From an uncultured Gemmatimonadales bacterium (GTDB lineage Bacteria > Gemmatimonadota > Gemmatimonadetes > Longimicrobiales > RSA9), in NCBI GenBank assembly GCA_963798085.1, contig CAWCRS010000002.1, positions 64,001-128,000 of the forward strand: DNA of 64,000 bases, given 5' to 3'. Each line of letters begins with the position of its first letter. Position 1 is the stretch's first letter. The notes below the pieces were generated by a model that was not told the origin of the DNA, did not search any database, and saw only the letters and a list, made by a program, of their open reading frames with translations. Positions 48,697 to 59,551 of this stretch are shown here, piece after piece. The translations under genes and the position numbers were made by a program.

Positions 48697-49377
48697 TCAG
48701 CCCGAGGCCTGCTGTTTCTCTTCGGCGTGATGCTTCACCATGCGACCCTCCACCATGTAGACCACATCCTCGGAGATGTTGGTAGCGAGGTCCGCGATAC
48801 GCTCGACATTGCCGGAAACCAGCAGCATGTCCATGCCCGCGGAAATGCGACGCGGGTCTTCCATCATGTGTGTGAGCAGCACGCGGAACGTGTTGTCGTG
48901 CAGCTCGTCTACGCGGTCATCGCGCCGCAGGATGTCGCGCGCCAGGCGGGTGTCCGCGCGCACGAACGCGTCGAGCGCATCCTTGAGCATGGCCGTGCTC
49001 AGCCGCACCATTTCCTCGAGCTCGGGCAGCACGGGAAAGAGCGGCGCTTCCAGAAGCCAGTGCACGGTATCGGCAATGTTGACCGCGTGATCGCCGACGC
49101 GCTCGAGCGCGCTCGAGATCTTCATGGCCATGGTGATGAGGCGCAGGTCCTTGGCCATGGGCTGCTGCAGCGCCAGCAGTTTGACGGAGCGTTCCTCGAT
49201 GTCGACCTCGAGGTCATCGAGCGCGGCATCCTGATCGACGACTTCGCGGGCCTTCGCCTCATCGCGTTCCAGCAGGGCGGCGACGCCTTTGCGCACTGCA
49301 TCCTCCGCCAGGCCGGCCATCTCGACCAGGCGTGTCTTCAGTGCGTCCAGCTCGTCCTGGAAATGGCGCTGCGTCAT
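48697..49377 (-). CDS. phoU: Phosphate signalling complex protein PhoU
   Basis: [38 protein letters not shown]. Confidence 0.96.
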   Translation of the reverse strand: MTQRHFQDELDALKTRLVEMAGLAEDAVRKGVAALLERDEAKAREVVDQDAALDDLEVDIEERSVKLLALQQPMAKDLRLITMAMKISSALERVGDHAVNIADTVHWLLEAPLFPVLPELEEMVRLSTAMLKDALDAFVRADTRLARDILRRDDRVDELHDNTFRVLLTHMMEDPRRISAGMDMLLVSGNVERIADLATNISEDVVYMVEGRMVKHHAEEKQQASG

Positions 49378-50216
49378 CCGAACCTGCCGGTGATGTAGGC
49401 TTCCGTGCGCTCCTCCTTCGGATTGGTGAAGAGGCTCTGTGTCGGCCCGTACTCCACCATTTCGCCCAGATACAGGAACGCGGTGAAATCACTGACGCGC
49501 GCCGCCTGCTGCATGTTGTGCGTCACGATGACCACGGTATAGACCTGCTTCAGCTCGTAGATGAGGTCCTCGATCTTCTGGGTCGCGATGGGGTCGAGTG
49601 CGGAGGCCGGCTCGTCCATGAGCAGCACTTCCGGCTCCACCGCGAGTGCGCGCGCGATGCACAAGCGTTGCTGCTGTCCGCCCGAAAGGGCAAGGGCGCT
49701 CTTGTCCAGGCGGTCCTTCACTTCCTCCCAGAGCGCAGCCTGCCGGAGTGAGCGCTCGACCTTGGCATCCATGTCCCCGCGATACCCGTTGATGCGGGGA
49801 CCGAACGCCACGTTATCATAAATCGACTTGGGGAACGGGTTCGGCTTCTGGAACACCATGCCAATGCGGCGGCGCACGTCGACCGGATCGATGCCCGGGC
49901 CGTACAGGTTCTTGCCCTGAAAGATGGCTTCACCCGTGACGCGTGCGCCCGGCACCAGGTCGTTCATGCGGTTGAAGCAGCGCAGCAGTGTGCTCTTGCC
50001 GCAGCCGGACGGGCCAATGAAGGCGACCACCTTGCGCTCGGGCACACGCAGCGAGACGTCGCGCACGGCCAATGTCGGTCCGTAGAAGACGCTGAGATCG
50101 CGCGTCTCCAGTTCAATGTTTCCGGGTGGCGCGAAAATGGACGTCATCGACTCCCGCGAGCGTGCGGTCTGCCCATCGGGTGAGGTGGGCGCGGCATCCC
50201 TGGTGCCTGGCTCCAT
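49374..50216 (-). CDS. pstB: Phosphate ABC transporter ATP-binding protein
   Basis: [55 protein letters not shown]. Confidence 0.96.
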   Translation of the reverse strand: MEPGTRDAAPTSPDGQTARSRESMTSIFAPPGNIELETRDLSVFYGPTLAVRDVSLRVPERKVVAFIGPSGCGKSTLLRCFNRMNDLVPGARVTGEAIFQGKNLYGPGIDPVDVRRRIGMVFQKPNPFPKSIYDNVAFGPRINGYRGDMDAKVERSLRQAALWEEVKDRLDKSALALSGGQQQRLCIARALAVEPEVLLMDEPASALDPIATQKIEDLIYELKQVYTVVIVTHNMQQAARVSDFTAFLYLGEMVEYGPTQSLFTNPKEERTEAYITGRFG

Positions 50217-50218
50217 GA

Positions 50219-51358
50219 TCAGAACGAGACCTGCGCCTGGAAACGCAGCGCGTGTTCGCTGTGGAAACGGTCGCCGGAGGGCATGTACACGTCCCAGTCC
50301 AGCATCAGCCGGTTGTGGCCCTCGAAGTAGAGGTTGACGCCGGGAGTCAGAAGCACGCCTTCGTCGCCTGATGCCTGATGATCAGGATCGGCCCAGCTCA
50401 CGCGGGCCAGCGGCTCCAGGCCCTGCACCCGCCCGCCGGAAACCGCGCGATACCACGCCAGCACGCCCTGCGCGCCGCGAAACGTTGCAGCGGCGGCGAA
50501 GTTGCTGCCGGTGGTAGCTTCCGCGAGAAGATGCGGGCCGGGCCGACGGAAGGCGCCCAGCTCGACATCGGCCTCGAATGCGGTGCCATCCAGCCGCGGC
50601 TGGGCGCCGCTGCCGGGCACTTCGTGGTAGCTCACTGCCGTGCCCACAACCAGCGGCGCATGGCCCGGCGCGTGCCAGCGCAGGTGACCCGCATACGACT
50701 TGGCGCCATTGCTGTCGATCTTCTCGGGACCGGCGCCGTTGAAGATACCCGCCTCGTACTCGATGGCGTGGAGCCGGCCGTGTACCGCGGCGCCCAGATC
50801 GAAGCTGTGATAGCCCAGCACGTCGAGCACGGTCTGCTCTTCACCCAGCATCGTCAGACCCTTGAAGCTGTGGAGCACGGGCGAGCCGGCCGCTTCGTCG
50901 CGCAGCTCGTACGCCTGTTCGAGACCGCGAATGCGGAGCCCGCGCTCGATGATGGGAAGCTCCTGCGAGCTGCTCATTTGAAACAGGCCGAATGCCTTCT
51001 TGAACTGGCCCAGCCGCACTTCGAAGCGAGGATCGAAGGAAAAGGTCATGTACGCCTGTCGTACGGCCACCTTCGCGTTGGCGAAGTCCATGTCCAGGAT
51101 GGCTGTGATCCAGTCATCCACCTCAATGTGCGCACCCATGCGCACACGACGCGTTTCGAACGTCGTTGCGGCGATCTGCGCATCGGAATCGGGCTGTGCC
51201 AGGTCGGCGGCCCGCACACTCGTGCTGTTGAACTGGAACTGCACTCGACCGAACAGCCTCGCGGTGATGTGACCGTTGCCGGACTCCTGCGCGGCGGCCG
51301 GGCTGGTCAGTGTCAGCCACAGCAGACCAGCCGTCGTCACCGTGAACGAACGCCGCAT
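50219..51358 (-). CDS. Phosphate-selective porin (OprO/OprP family)
   Basis: Signal peptide, [34 protein letters not shown]-terminal F; Pho operon context. Confidence 0.8.
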   Translation of the reverse strand: MRRSFTVTTAGLLWLTLTSPAAAQESGNGHITARLFGRVQFQFNSTSVRAADLAQPDSDAQIAATTFETRRVRMGAHIEVDDWITAILDMDFANAKVAVRQAYMTFSFDPRFEVRLGQFKKAFGLFQMSSSQELPIIERGLRIRGLEQAYELRDEAAGSPVLHSFKGLTMLGEEQTVLDVLGYHSFDLGAAVHGRLHAIEYEAGIFNGAGPEKIDSNGAKSYAGHLRWHAPGHAPLVVGTAVSYHEVPGSGAQPRLDGTAFEADVELGAFRRPGPHLLAEATTGSNFAAAATFRGAQGVLAWYRAVSGGRVQGLEPLARVSWADPDHQASGDEGVLLTPGVNLYFEGHNRLMLDWDVYMPSGDRFHSEHALRFQAQVSF

Positions 51359-51549
51359 TGCCTCTCCTGCCTCGGGTGTCAGTGTAACAGCGGGGCAGGA
51401 TGATGGGGCCGCGGCGACGAAAAGGCGATTGCCGGAAGCAGGCGTCAGCAGGCACCGTCCTCGGCGACCGGTGGGGTGTGTCCGGGAAACGTGGTGGGGA
51501 TCATGGCTGGGCGCAGTCACGGCGGGTCGCACCTCGGGTGACGGCCGGG

Positions 51550-53025
51550 TCACGACGCAGGCTGCGCGGCCGGCAGTCGCACGCGGATGGTGGTCCCCTT
51601 GCCGAGCTCGCTGCTGGCCGAGACCTCACCCTCCATGCTTTCCACCATGTGCTTCACGATGCTGAGCCCGAGGCCGGTGCCGCCATCCGCGCGCGAGCGC
51701 GCGGGATCCACGCGGTAGAAGCGCTCGAAGATGCGCGGCAATGCATCGCCGGGGATGCCGGTGCCGTTGTCCTGCACTTCGATGGTCACGAAGGGGCGAC
51801 CCGCGTGCGGACCGGACGCCCCGTTGCTGGAAGGTCTGCCGGTCTCCGTCCGCAGCAGTACACGGATGGTGCCGCCCGGTGGTGTGTAGCGCAGCGCATT
51901 ATCGAACAGGTTCAGCAGAATGTGGCGCAGTGCGGACGCGTCCGCGCGTGCATTCAGGTTCTTCTCGGGACCCACGAAGAGGATGCTCTTCTCGCGCGCT
52001 CGCTGTGCGCATGTCTCCCACACGTCATCGATGAGCCCGCCCACGCCAATGTCTTCCACGTCCGGCCGCCATGTTCCCGACTCGAGACGCGAGAGGTCCA
52101 GCAGATCGTCCACGATGCGGCGCAGTCGTTCGGCATTCTTGTGGATCACTTCGAGGAACTGCTTGCGCATGCCCGGCTCGAGATCATCGGACATCAGCGT
52201 CTCGACGTAGCCGCGAATGGATGTCAGTGGCGTGCGGATCTCGTGGCTGACATTGGCGACGAAATCCCGCCGCACACCTTCGAGGCGACGCAGCTCCGTC
52301 AGGTCCACGAGGGTGAGCGTCGCGCGGGGCGCTGCCTCACCCATGTTCGAAATCGGTTCATCCTGCGCGATGGGGTGACCTGCGACGAGCAGTCGCCGGT
52401 CATCGACTGTGACTTCCGCGGTCTGCGTCCCGTCCGTGCCCAGGCGATCCAGCAGCCCCCGCAGCTCGGCGCCGCGCACCAGTGTAGGCAGTGGCCGGCC
52501 CACACAGTCGTCGGGCAGGCCCAGCAACACTCGCCCGCCGGCGTTCGCGCGCAGAATGCGGCGATCTGCGTCGAGCAGGAGAATGCCTTCCGTCGCAGAA
52601 TTGATCAGCAGTGCCAGCTCGTCGCGTTCGCGCTGCCAGTGCTCGCCGCGCTGCTCAAGCTCCGTTGCCAGTCTGTCGATGGCCGTAGACACCGACTGCA
52701 GCTCGGTGATGGGCGGGCGCCAGCTGGATCTCAGCCCTTTCAGCCGGTTGCCCGCGTCCGTACGCAGCCTCGCCAGAGAGCGTGTGGCCGCAGTGGACAC
52801 CGTGATGGCGATGGCGATACTGAGGAGCAGCGTGAGGGCCGCGAAAATGATGAACGCGGTGCGGAACTCGTTGAGCACGCCATTCAGCTGCGTCGCATCC
52901 ATGAGCGGCGCGAGTCGCGAGCGCAGGAATTCGGCCGCTGCCGCATCGACCCAGAAAAGACCAAGGATGGTGAGGGCGACGAAGGCCAGTACCGCGATCG
53001 GCCGCAGCCGCCAGACCTGCTTCAT
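51550..53025 (-). CDS. phoR: PAS-containing sensor histidine kinase PhoR
   Basis: RRDFVANVSHEIRTPLTSIRGY, NALRYT, FERFYRVD.ARSR..GGTGLGLSIVKH. Confidence 0.9.
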   Translation of the reverse strand: MKQVWRLRPIAVLAFVALTILGLFWVDAAAAEFLRSRLAPLMDATQLNGVLNEFRTAFIIFAALTLLLSIAIAITVSTAATRSLARLRTDAGNRLKGLRSSWRPPITELQSVSTAIDRLATELEQRGEHWQRERDELALLINSATEGILLLDADRRILRANAGGRVLLGLPDDCVGRPLPTLVRGAELRGLLDRLGTDGTQTAEVTVDDRRLLVAGHPIAQDEPISNMGEAAPRATLTLVDLTELRRLEGVRRDFVANVSHEIRTPLTSIRGYVETLMSDDLEPGMRKQFLEVIHKNAERLRRIVDDLLDLSRLESGTWRPDVEDIGVGGLIDDVWETCAQRAREKSILFVGPEKNLNARADASALRHILLNLFDNALRYTPPGGTIRVLLRTETGRPSSNGASGPHAGRPFVTIEVQDNGTGIPGDALPRIFERFYRVDPARSRADGGTGLGLSIVKHMVESMEGEVSASSELGKGTTIRVRLPAAQPAS

Positions 53026-53750
53026 TCGGCTCCGTCACGGACGCGGTAGCGGTACCCGAAGCCGCGCACGGTTTCGATCATGCGGCCGGCTTCGCCCAGC
53101 TTGGTGCGCAGCCGCTGCACATGCATGTCGACGGTCCGGGTTTCGATGCGGGCGTGGATATCCCACGCGTCCTCGAGCAGCTGCTGCCGGCTCTGCACGC
53201 GGCCTCGCCGCTCCAGCAGCGTAACCAGCAGACGGTACTCGGTCGGTGTGAGGTCAATGTTTTCTGCGCCCACGGAAACGCGCATGGCATTCAGGTCCAC
53301 GATAACGGCACCGCCGCGCAGCGTGCGCCCGGAACCCGCGACTGCCGGCGCCTGCGCGCGCCGGAGCACCGCACCCACGCGCAGGATCAGCTCGCGCGGA
53401 CTGAAGGGCTTGGTGACGTAATCGTCCGCACCCAGCTCGAGGCCTTTCACGCGATCCGCCTCGTCACGACGGGCCGTGAGTACGACCACCGGTACGTCCG
53501 ACAGCTCGGGACGCCGTCGCAGATCCGACAGGACATCGTAACCGGAGAAGCCGGGCAGCATGAGGTCGAGCAGGATGAGGTCGGGCCGTTCGCTCTCCGC
53601 CGTTTCCAGGGCTTCCTGGCCGCCCTCCGCAGTTCGCACGCGATAGCCTTCCTTGGTCAGGTGATAAGCGACGAGTGCGGAGATGTCCCGTTCGTCCTCG
53701 ACCACCAGGATCCGTGCGGGCGCCGGCTTCGTGTTCTTCCTGTCGCTCAT
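53022..53750 (-). CDS. phoB: OmpR-family response regulator PhoB
   Basis: VVEDE, LDLMLP, GADDYVTKPFS, LTPTEYRLL, RTVDMHVQRLR; Pho operon context. Confidence 0.88.
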   Translation of the reverse strand: MSDRKNTKPAPARILVVEDERDISALVAYHLTKEGYRVRTAEGGQEALETAESERPDLILLDLMLPGFSGYDVLSDLRRRPELSDVPVVVLTARRDEADRVKGLELGADDYVTKPFSPRELILRVGAVLRRAQAPAVAGSGRTLRGGAVIVDLNAMRVSVGAENIDLTPTEYRLLVTLLERRGRVQSRQQLLEDAWDIHARIETRTVDMHVQRLRTKLGEAGRMIETVRGFGYRYRVRDGAE

Positions 53751-53911
53751 CGGCCTCCACCGGGAAGACAGTATCGCGTTCCGCGGCTCACGAACTGGCC
53801 GCAGAGTCCCATGGAGGTTTATCGCATCGCCGTCTACAAAGAGTCATTGGATTGTAACAATCGCATCACGCCCCCCCGGCTTCAACGGGATAAGCGTACT
53901 TAATGTAGTAA

Positions 53912-53929
53912 GTTACGGCGTTGTTACAA
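53912..53929 (-). promoter_or_regulatory. Putative Pho box
   Basis: Minus strand TTGTAAC-AACG-CCGTAAC: two heptamers at 11-bp period, about 160 bp upstream of phoB. Confidence 0.6.
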
Positions 53930-54005
53930 AGCCAGGTGGGCGTTCCGCCGGGCGCCCGGCTGCCGGACCGGGGGGCCGCTGTGGAGACCTGCCGTCGCGC
54001 AGCCT

Positions 54006-54455
54006 TCAGTGCTGGATGAGTCTGCGCAGCCGCTTGACGGTCCGCTGAATGCTGCGCAGCTGACGGATATGACCTTTGCCGCGTGCCGGTCGTGTGTCGA
54101 CGATTACCTCGAGGGCGCTGGTCGCATCCTGGACGGTGAGCGGGTGCGGCGACTGGTCGAGCGACTCGTCGCCTTCGATGGACTGCAGCAGGTCGGCAAT
54201 GCGACCGCCCACGCGCAGGTCGAAGCCCTCGAGCGCCTGGGTCAGTTCGGCGCGCAGCGCGCGCAGCTCCTGCGTCAGCTGGACATTCAGCCGCGCCCGC
54301 TTTTCGCCTGTCTGCCGCCGCTTTGACTGCGCCTCCTCCGCCGGCGCTCTGCCATCTTCTCCGGGGGTCGCGGCCACGGCGATGGGCTCGTACCGGGCGC
54401 GCTTCGTGTTCGCGCGCCGCGACTTGCTTCTCTTGCTTACCTCGGTGGCTGTCAT
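54006..54455 (-). CDS. Basic helical hypothetical protein
   Basis: 4-bp overlap with the upstream kinase gene; Arg/Lys-rich termini. Confidence 0.65.
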   Translation of the reverse strand: MTATEVSKRSKSRRANTKRARYEPIAVAATPGEDGRAPAEEAQSKRRQTGEKRARLNVQLTQELRALRAELTQALEGFDLRVGGRIADLLQSIEGDESLDQSPHPLTVQDATSALEVIVDTRPARGKGHIRQLRSIQRTVKRLRRLIQH

Positions 54456-55165
54456 GACAGTTCGTGCGTGGGATAGAGTGCCTGGAGTTGCCGCCGTATC
54501 CGCTCTTTCAGTTCAGATTGGATGGCAGGTATCGAGCCATTCGCATTGATTGGTTCAATCCCGTACCGATTCTGTAGCTTCCGGAACTCGGCGCGCAAGC
54601 GTTTCTGGTAACGAATGAAGCTGCCGAACCAGTCGCGTTCGAGTCCGAGGTCCATGCCGGATTCCCAGTAGTCGAGGTTGCCGTGGGAGGCGAGGGTACG
54701 GTCGACGAGTGTGCGATCGGAAACCTGCAGGCAGAAGATGGCGTCCGGGACGAGCGCCTTGGAGTAGAGCGAGGCCAGCCACTCCGGGTCGGCGCCGCGC
54801 ACGCTGTCCCTGGCCATGGGTGTGAAGATGTAGCGGTCAGCCAACACCACGGAGCCTGCGCGCAACGCCGGCACGATGGTGTTTTCCAGCTGGTCGAAGA
54901 AATCGGTGGCGTAGAACAGGGACATGGTGCGCGGGCTGAGCACATTGCCCTGCTTGGCGAGTTCCAGCTCCTTGCCGACGAGGCGGGAGCGCTTGAGTCC
55001 GATCTGTGCGACCGGGTAGCCGTTCTGCTGCAGCCACTCCGCGAGCAGCCCGATGTGGGTGGACCGGCCCGATGAGTCCGGACCCTCGATGACGATCAAT
55101 GCGCCCGTGAGCCGGGACAGGTCCAGGCCGGGCGGCGCCGTGCCGAAGCAGCGTTTGGGATTCAT
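54452..55165 (-). CDS. Thymidylate-kinase-like protein (variant P-loop GPDSSGRST)
   Basis: LIVIEGPDSSGRST, VLADRYIFT, YWESGMDLGL. Confidence 0.85.
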   Translation of the reverse strand: MNPKRCFGTAPPGLDLSRLTGALIVIEGPDSSGRSTHIGLLAEWLQQNGYPVAQIGLKRSRLVGKELELAKQGNVLSPRTMSLFYATDFFDQLENTIVPALRAGSVVLADRYIFTPMARDSVRGADPEWLASLYSKALVPDAIFCLQVSDRTLVDRTLASHGNLDYWESGMDLGLERDWFGSFIRYQKRLRAEFRKLQNRYGIEPINANGSIPAIQSELKERIRRQLQALYPTHELS

Positions 55166-55842
55166 CGCGGGACTCGGGTGCGGAAGCGGCTCAGGTCTAC
55201 GCCTTCGGAGATGATGGCGCGCACGGCCTGCTGCTGGTCGTGCACGTTCTGTGTTGCGTCCATGACTGTGAAGTTGAACTCGCTGGCCAGCCTCTCGTAC
55301 TGCTCCATTACGCTTGTCTGGAACATGCGGAAGCTCTCATGGATGTCGGACGAGAGTCCCAGATCCATGCCCGCCTCGAAGTACTTGAGTTGCGGCCGAC
55401 CCTCGAGAATGCGGCCGAGCGCGGTTTCCAGCGGCAGCCGGAAATACAGCGTGTAGTCCGGGATGCGGGCAAAGCCGTACATGTTGCGCACCCACTCCGG
55501 GTCGCACCCGCGTACGGCGTCGCGCGCGAACGATGTGAAGATGTAGCGATCACAGAGCACGATATACCCGCCGCGCAGCATGGGCAGGATCTGGCGCTCG
55601 TAGCGGTCGGCAAAGTCCGTGGCGTGGATGACGCTGAAGGTGGTGGGTGTGAGCAGCTGCTTCTTCTTGCCCCGCCGCGTGGCCGCTTTCACCAGCGAGC
55701 TGGAGTTCCATTCCGTGAAGTGCACACGCAGCCGCAACCCATAGAGCCACTCGTGCAGCAGGTGGATCTGTGTGGACTTGCCCGAGCCATCGAGGCCCTC
55801 GACGGCGATGAGCACCCCGTTGTCGCGCTTTCTCGTAGTCAC
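55162..55842 (-). CDS. Thymidylate-kinase-like protein (dTMP kinase family)
   Basis: IAVEGLDGSGKST, VLCDRYIFT, YFEAGMDLGL. Confidence 0.88.
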   Translation of the reverse strand: MTTRKRDNGVLIAVEGLDGSGKSTQIHLLHEWLYGLRLRVHFTEWNSSSLVKAATRRGKKKQLLTPTTFSVIHATDFADRYERQILPMLRGGYIVLCDRYIFTSFARDAVRGCDPEWVRNMYGFARIPDYTLYFRLPLETALGRILEGRPQLKYFEAGMDLGLSSDIHESFRMFQTSVMEQYERLASEFNFTVMDATQNVHDQQQAVRAIISEGVDLSRFRTRVPR

Positions 55843-57465
55843 GCCTTCGCTTCCTCCCTGATGCGGATCCTGAGGCCGAAGGTCTTTTCGAAGAGACCCG
55901 CCTTGCGCTGCACGGCCCAGCGTTCGAGCAGCAGATCACCGGTGCCCAGCAGCTCCAGCTGCACGGCGCCATCCTGCACACGCGCGCGCACCTCGTGCAC
56001 GGTCTGCAGATGTTCGCGGTCCAGCGCATCGGCCATGCGTACGATGGCCGTCGAGATGCGTCACGCGGCTGCGCTCCTTTTCCGAGAGCGCCATAAAGGC
56101 TTCGTGGTGTGCGGCCGGCTCACCCTTGCGGTGATAGCGCGCCACATTGGCGGCCATCAGGATCTCGCGCTGCGTGAGACCCGGCAGTTCCGATTGCGAG
56201 ATGATGTAAAGTGAATGTTTGTGGTGCCGGCGATAATTGATGAAGAGCCCCACGTCGTGCAGCGTGGCGCCGGCAATGAGTACGCGACGGTCCGCCTGTG
56301 TGAGTTTGTGCACCTCCTGCAGCTGCTCGAACATGGAGAGCGCGAGGCGAGCCACGTGCCGGCCGTGCGCGGCGTCGAAGCGGAAACGGCGGCCCAGCGC
56401 GATCGCACCCAGCAGCACGATGTGCTCCTGCCGCTCGACGTGCGGCTCGTGACCCGAATAATCATCGACGATGTCCAGCACGATGCCATCCTTCAGACCC
56501 ACATTGGGCACGTGGATGACATCGGCGCCCGCCTGCATGCACAACTGCTCATAGACGGTGGCCGCAGGCAGGATCACATCGGCGCGGTCCTCGCGCAGGT
56601 CCAGCTCGTGCACACGCTGGCGGAACGACATGCGCGCCAGCTTCTCGGTGACCGCACGCAGCTGAGCCAGGGGCAGCCGGCACACGCCATTGGCGTCCGG
56701 CTGTGCGCCGGCCAGCTTCGCCAGCGCTTCGATGTTGCCACCCGTCGCAATGAAGCCGGCGCGGCGCGCCCGACCAACGTGCGGAATGCGCAGGGTCGCC
56801 GCGTATTCCTCGAGGCGGCGTCTGAAGCGGCCGGGCTCATCGCCTGCCACCTGCAATTCCTCGAGCAGTCGAACGGAGCCCATACCGTGCGACACACTCC
56901 AGTGTACGTCGCGGTCATCGACCAGCGAGACCTCGACGCTGCCACCGCCCAGGTCCACAAGGATCCAGCGATCCTCGCCCAGGGGAATGCGACTGCGCAC
57001 CGCCTGGTGCACGAGCCGCACTTCTTCCGCCCCGGTTATGATTTCGATCTCGATGCCGGTCGCCGCGCGCACGCGTTCGATGAACGCCTCGCCATTGTCG
57101 CTGTCGCGCACCGCGCTGGTGGCGACCGCGCGCCAGCGATCGATGCCCAGTGCGCTGATGCGCTCGCGATAGACGGCGAGCGCATCGACGGCGGCAGCCA
57201 TGGCCGACTCGGCGAGACTGCCGGTGAGGAACACATCGTGCCCGAGGCGAACCGAGGTGCGGACCTGCTCGAGCACGGTGTAGTGCGAGCGCGCCACGAA
57301 TTCCGCAGCCAGAAAGCGCAGGGCATTGGAGCCGACATCAATGCCGGCGACGCGCGTCGGGAAAATGCCCGTCAGCGGACCATCGCGGGTCCGGCCGAGT
57401 TCTCCGCCCTGAGGCGATTGGGTTTCCAGCGCCTCTGCCCGAGGCGAAAGCAGGCGATCCAGCAT
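55839..57465 (-). CDS. ppx: Ppx/GppA exopolyphosphatase with HD domain (frameshift near 56050)
   Basis: IDVGSN, VATSAVRD, EE, VDLGGGSVE, RADVI, GLKDG, LHDVG..HHKHS; C-terminus MADALDR.. in a second frame. Confidence 0.9.
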
Positions 57466-57688
57466 GGGCGCGCAATGTATTCGCTCCGCCAGCCGATTGC
57501 GAAACGAAGCGCGTAACGCGTCGGTCACGTGCCCCGGGCTGTGTTACGCGACGCTGGCGAGTCGAAGACAGCGCAGTGAGCCAGACATTCGGCGAGCGAA
57601 GAGCAACGTGGCTCTTGCCCGCGCGTGGGCCGCCGGGCTAGACTCGGCCGCCCGCCGGCCGGCTCGCTGATCGTTCCGGTCTGGCGTC

Positions 57689-59134
57689 GTGATGGAGCCG
57701 GGGGTGCCCATGGAAGAAAAAGCCCAGATCGACGTGACAGAGCTGGCCGATGCGTGGCCGCTGCTGGAGCTGGAAGATCGGGTCGAGGGCTTCCGACTCC
57801 TGGGCGCGGATGCCGCGGAGGAATTCTTTTTCGGCCTGGACGCGCACGACCAGGCCGAGATGCTGACCGCGCTGCCGTCCCCCGAGCGGCGCCGCTGGAT
57901 CCGACTGCTGCCACCCGACGACGCCGCCGACCTCATCCAGGCCGCGCCCGACGAGTTCCGCGCCGCGCTGATGGAACTGCTGGACGACTACACGCGCAAG
58001 GAAGTCTCCGCGCTGCTGGCGTATGCGGAGGATGACGCGGGCGGTCTGATGAGTTCGCGGTACGCGCGACTGCGTCCGGACATGACTGCCGACGAAGCCA
58101 TCGCGTACCTGCGCCGCCAGGCAGTCAGCTCGATCGAGCCGGAAACCATCTATTACGTCTACGTGCTCGACAGTGCGCAGCGGCTGCTGGGCGTGCTGTC
58201 CTTCCGCGACCTGTTCTCGGCGCCCGGCAACCGGCCGGTGCGCGAGATCATGCACACAGACGTGATCTCCGCGCCCGCCGACATGGACCAGGAGGCGCTG
58301 GCGAGGCTCTTCTCCGAGCACGACCTGCTGGCGGTACCCGTCGTCGACGAGAACGGCGTGCTCAAGGGCATCGTCACCGTCGACGACATTGTCGACGTCG
58401 TCCAGGAAGAGGCCACCGAGGACATTCAGAAGATCGGTGGTGTGCAGGCCCTCGACGAAACGTACATGCGCACCACGCTGTTCGAGCTGGTGAAGAAGCG
58501 CGCGGGCTGGCTGGCCGCACTGTTTATCGGCGAAACGCTCACCGCGTCCGCGGTCACGTTTTTCGAAGGCGAACTCAAGCAGGTGCTGTTCCTCGCGTCA
58601 TTCATACCACTGATCATCAGCAGCGGCGGCAACTCCGGTTCGCAGGCATCCACACTGGTCATCCGCGCCATGGCGGTGGAGGATGTGCGGCTGCGCGACT
58701 GGTGGCGCGTCATGCGCCGCGAGTTCCTGGCCGGCGGCACGCTCGGGCTCATCCTGGGCGTGATCGGCTTCATTCGTGTGGTGGCGTGGAACTTCATCAA
58801 GCCCTACGGCGCGCACTACATCCTGGTCGCCTTCACGATCGCGTTCAGTGTGGTGGGCGTGGTGCTGTGGGGTGCGCTGGTGGGCTCGATGCTGCCGTTC
58901 CTGCTGCGCCGCCTGAACGTGGACCCGGCCACCGCCTCCGCGCCCCTCGTCGCCACACTGGTCGATGTGACCGGCATCATGATCTACTTCTCGGTGGCCA
59001 GCTTCATCCTGCGCGGCACGCTGCTCGGCACCGCCATGGCCTCCAGCGACATGGGTCGGCTTGCTCTGATGGGTACGCGCGGTGTCAGCGCTCTTGCCTC
59101 ACAGGTTGCTGCTCTGGCCGGGATCCCGCACTAA
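57689..59134 (+). CDS. mgtE: Magnesium transporter MgtE
   Basis: PDDAADL, AGGLM, CBS pair, GIVTVDD, SSGGNSGSQ, DPATASAPLVATLVDVTG. Confidence 0.95.
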   Translation: MMEPGVPMEEKAQIDVTELADAWPLLELEDRVEGFRLLGADAAEEFFFGLDAHDQAEMLTALPSPERRRWIRLLPPDDAADLIQAAPDEFRAALMELLDDYTRKEVSALLAYAEDDAGGLMSSRYARLRPDMTADEAIAYLRRQAVSSIEPETIYYVYVLDSAQRLLGVLSFRDLFSAPGNRPVREIMHTDVISAPADMDQEALARLFSEHDLLAVPVVDENGVLKGIVTVDDIVDVVQEEATEDIQKIGGVQALDETYMRTTLFELVKKRAGWLAALFIGETLTASAVTFFEGELKQVLFLASFIPLIISSGGNSGSQASTLVIRAMAVEDVRLRDWWRVMRREFLAGGTLGLILGVIGFIRVVAWNFIKPYGAHYILVAFTIAFSVVGVVLWGALVGSMLPFLLRRLNVDPATASAPLVATLVDVTGIMIYFSVASFILRGTLLGTAMASSDMGRLALMGTRGVSALASQVAALAGIPH

Positions 59135-59551
59135 CTCTTCCTTGTGCCGCTGACCTCGAGCACGCGCTGCCACTGCTCGGTCGTGACCGGCCACACGGCG
59201 ACGCGCGGCATGCGCACGAACGACAGGGTGGCGAGCACCGGATCGGCCTTGAGCTCGGCGAGGGGGATGGGGCGGGCGAGCGGACGCACGGGCGCTACGT
59301 CGACCACTACCAGCTCCGGCTTCTTCGGATCCGGCCGGGCTTCTCCGGTGATCTTCGCGATGCCGACCAGCGCCTTGTCCGGCGCCGTGTGGTAGATCAG
59401 CACCTCATCGCCCCGCACGGCCTTGCGCATGCTGGACTGGGCGCGTGCGTTCTTCACACCATCCCAGACCGCCTGCTTTTCCCTGACCAGTTCGGGCCAG
59501 CCGTAGGCCGTCGGATCGGCCAGAAACACCCAGTTCAGATGCGCCCGCCAT
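59131..59551 (-). CDS. EVE domain protein (N-terminal frameshift)
   Basis: W.FLADP..Y, WDGVKNARA, GDEVLIYHT, PIPLAELK, RVAVWPV. Confidence 0.85.

Noticed and set aside
57511..57549. Pho-box-like GCGTAAC-N4-CGGTCAC between ppx and mgtE, and a single CTGTTAC upstream of the porin
   Set aside because: Weak matches; the first points away from ppx and the second is only a half-site.
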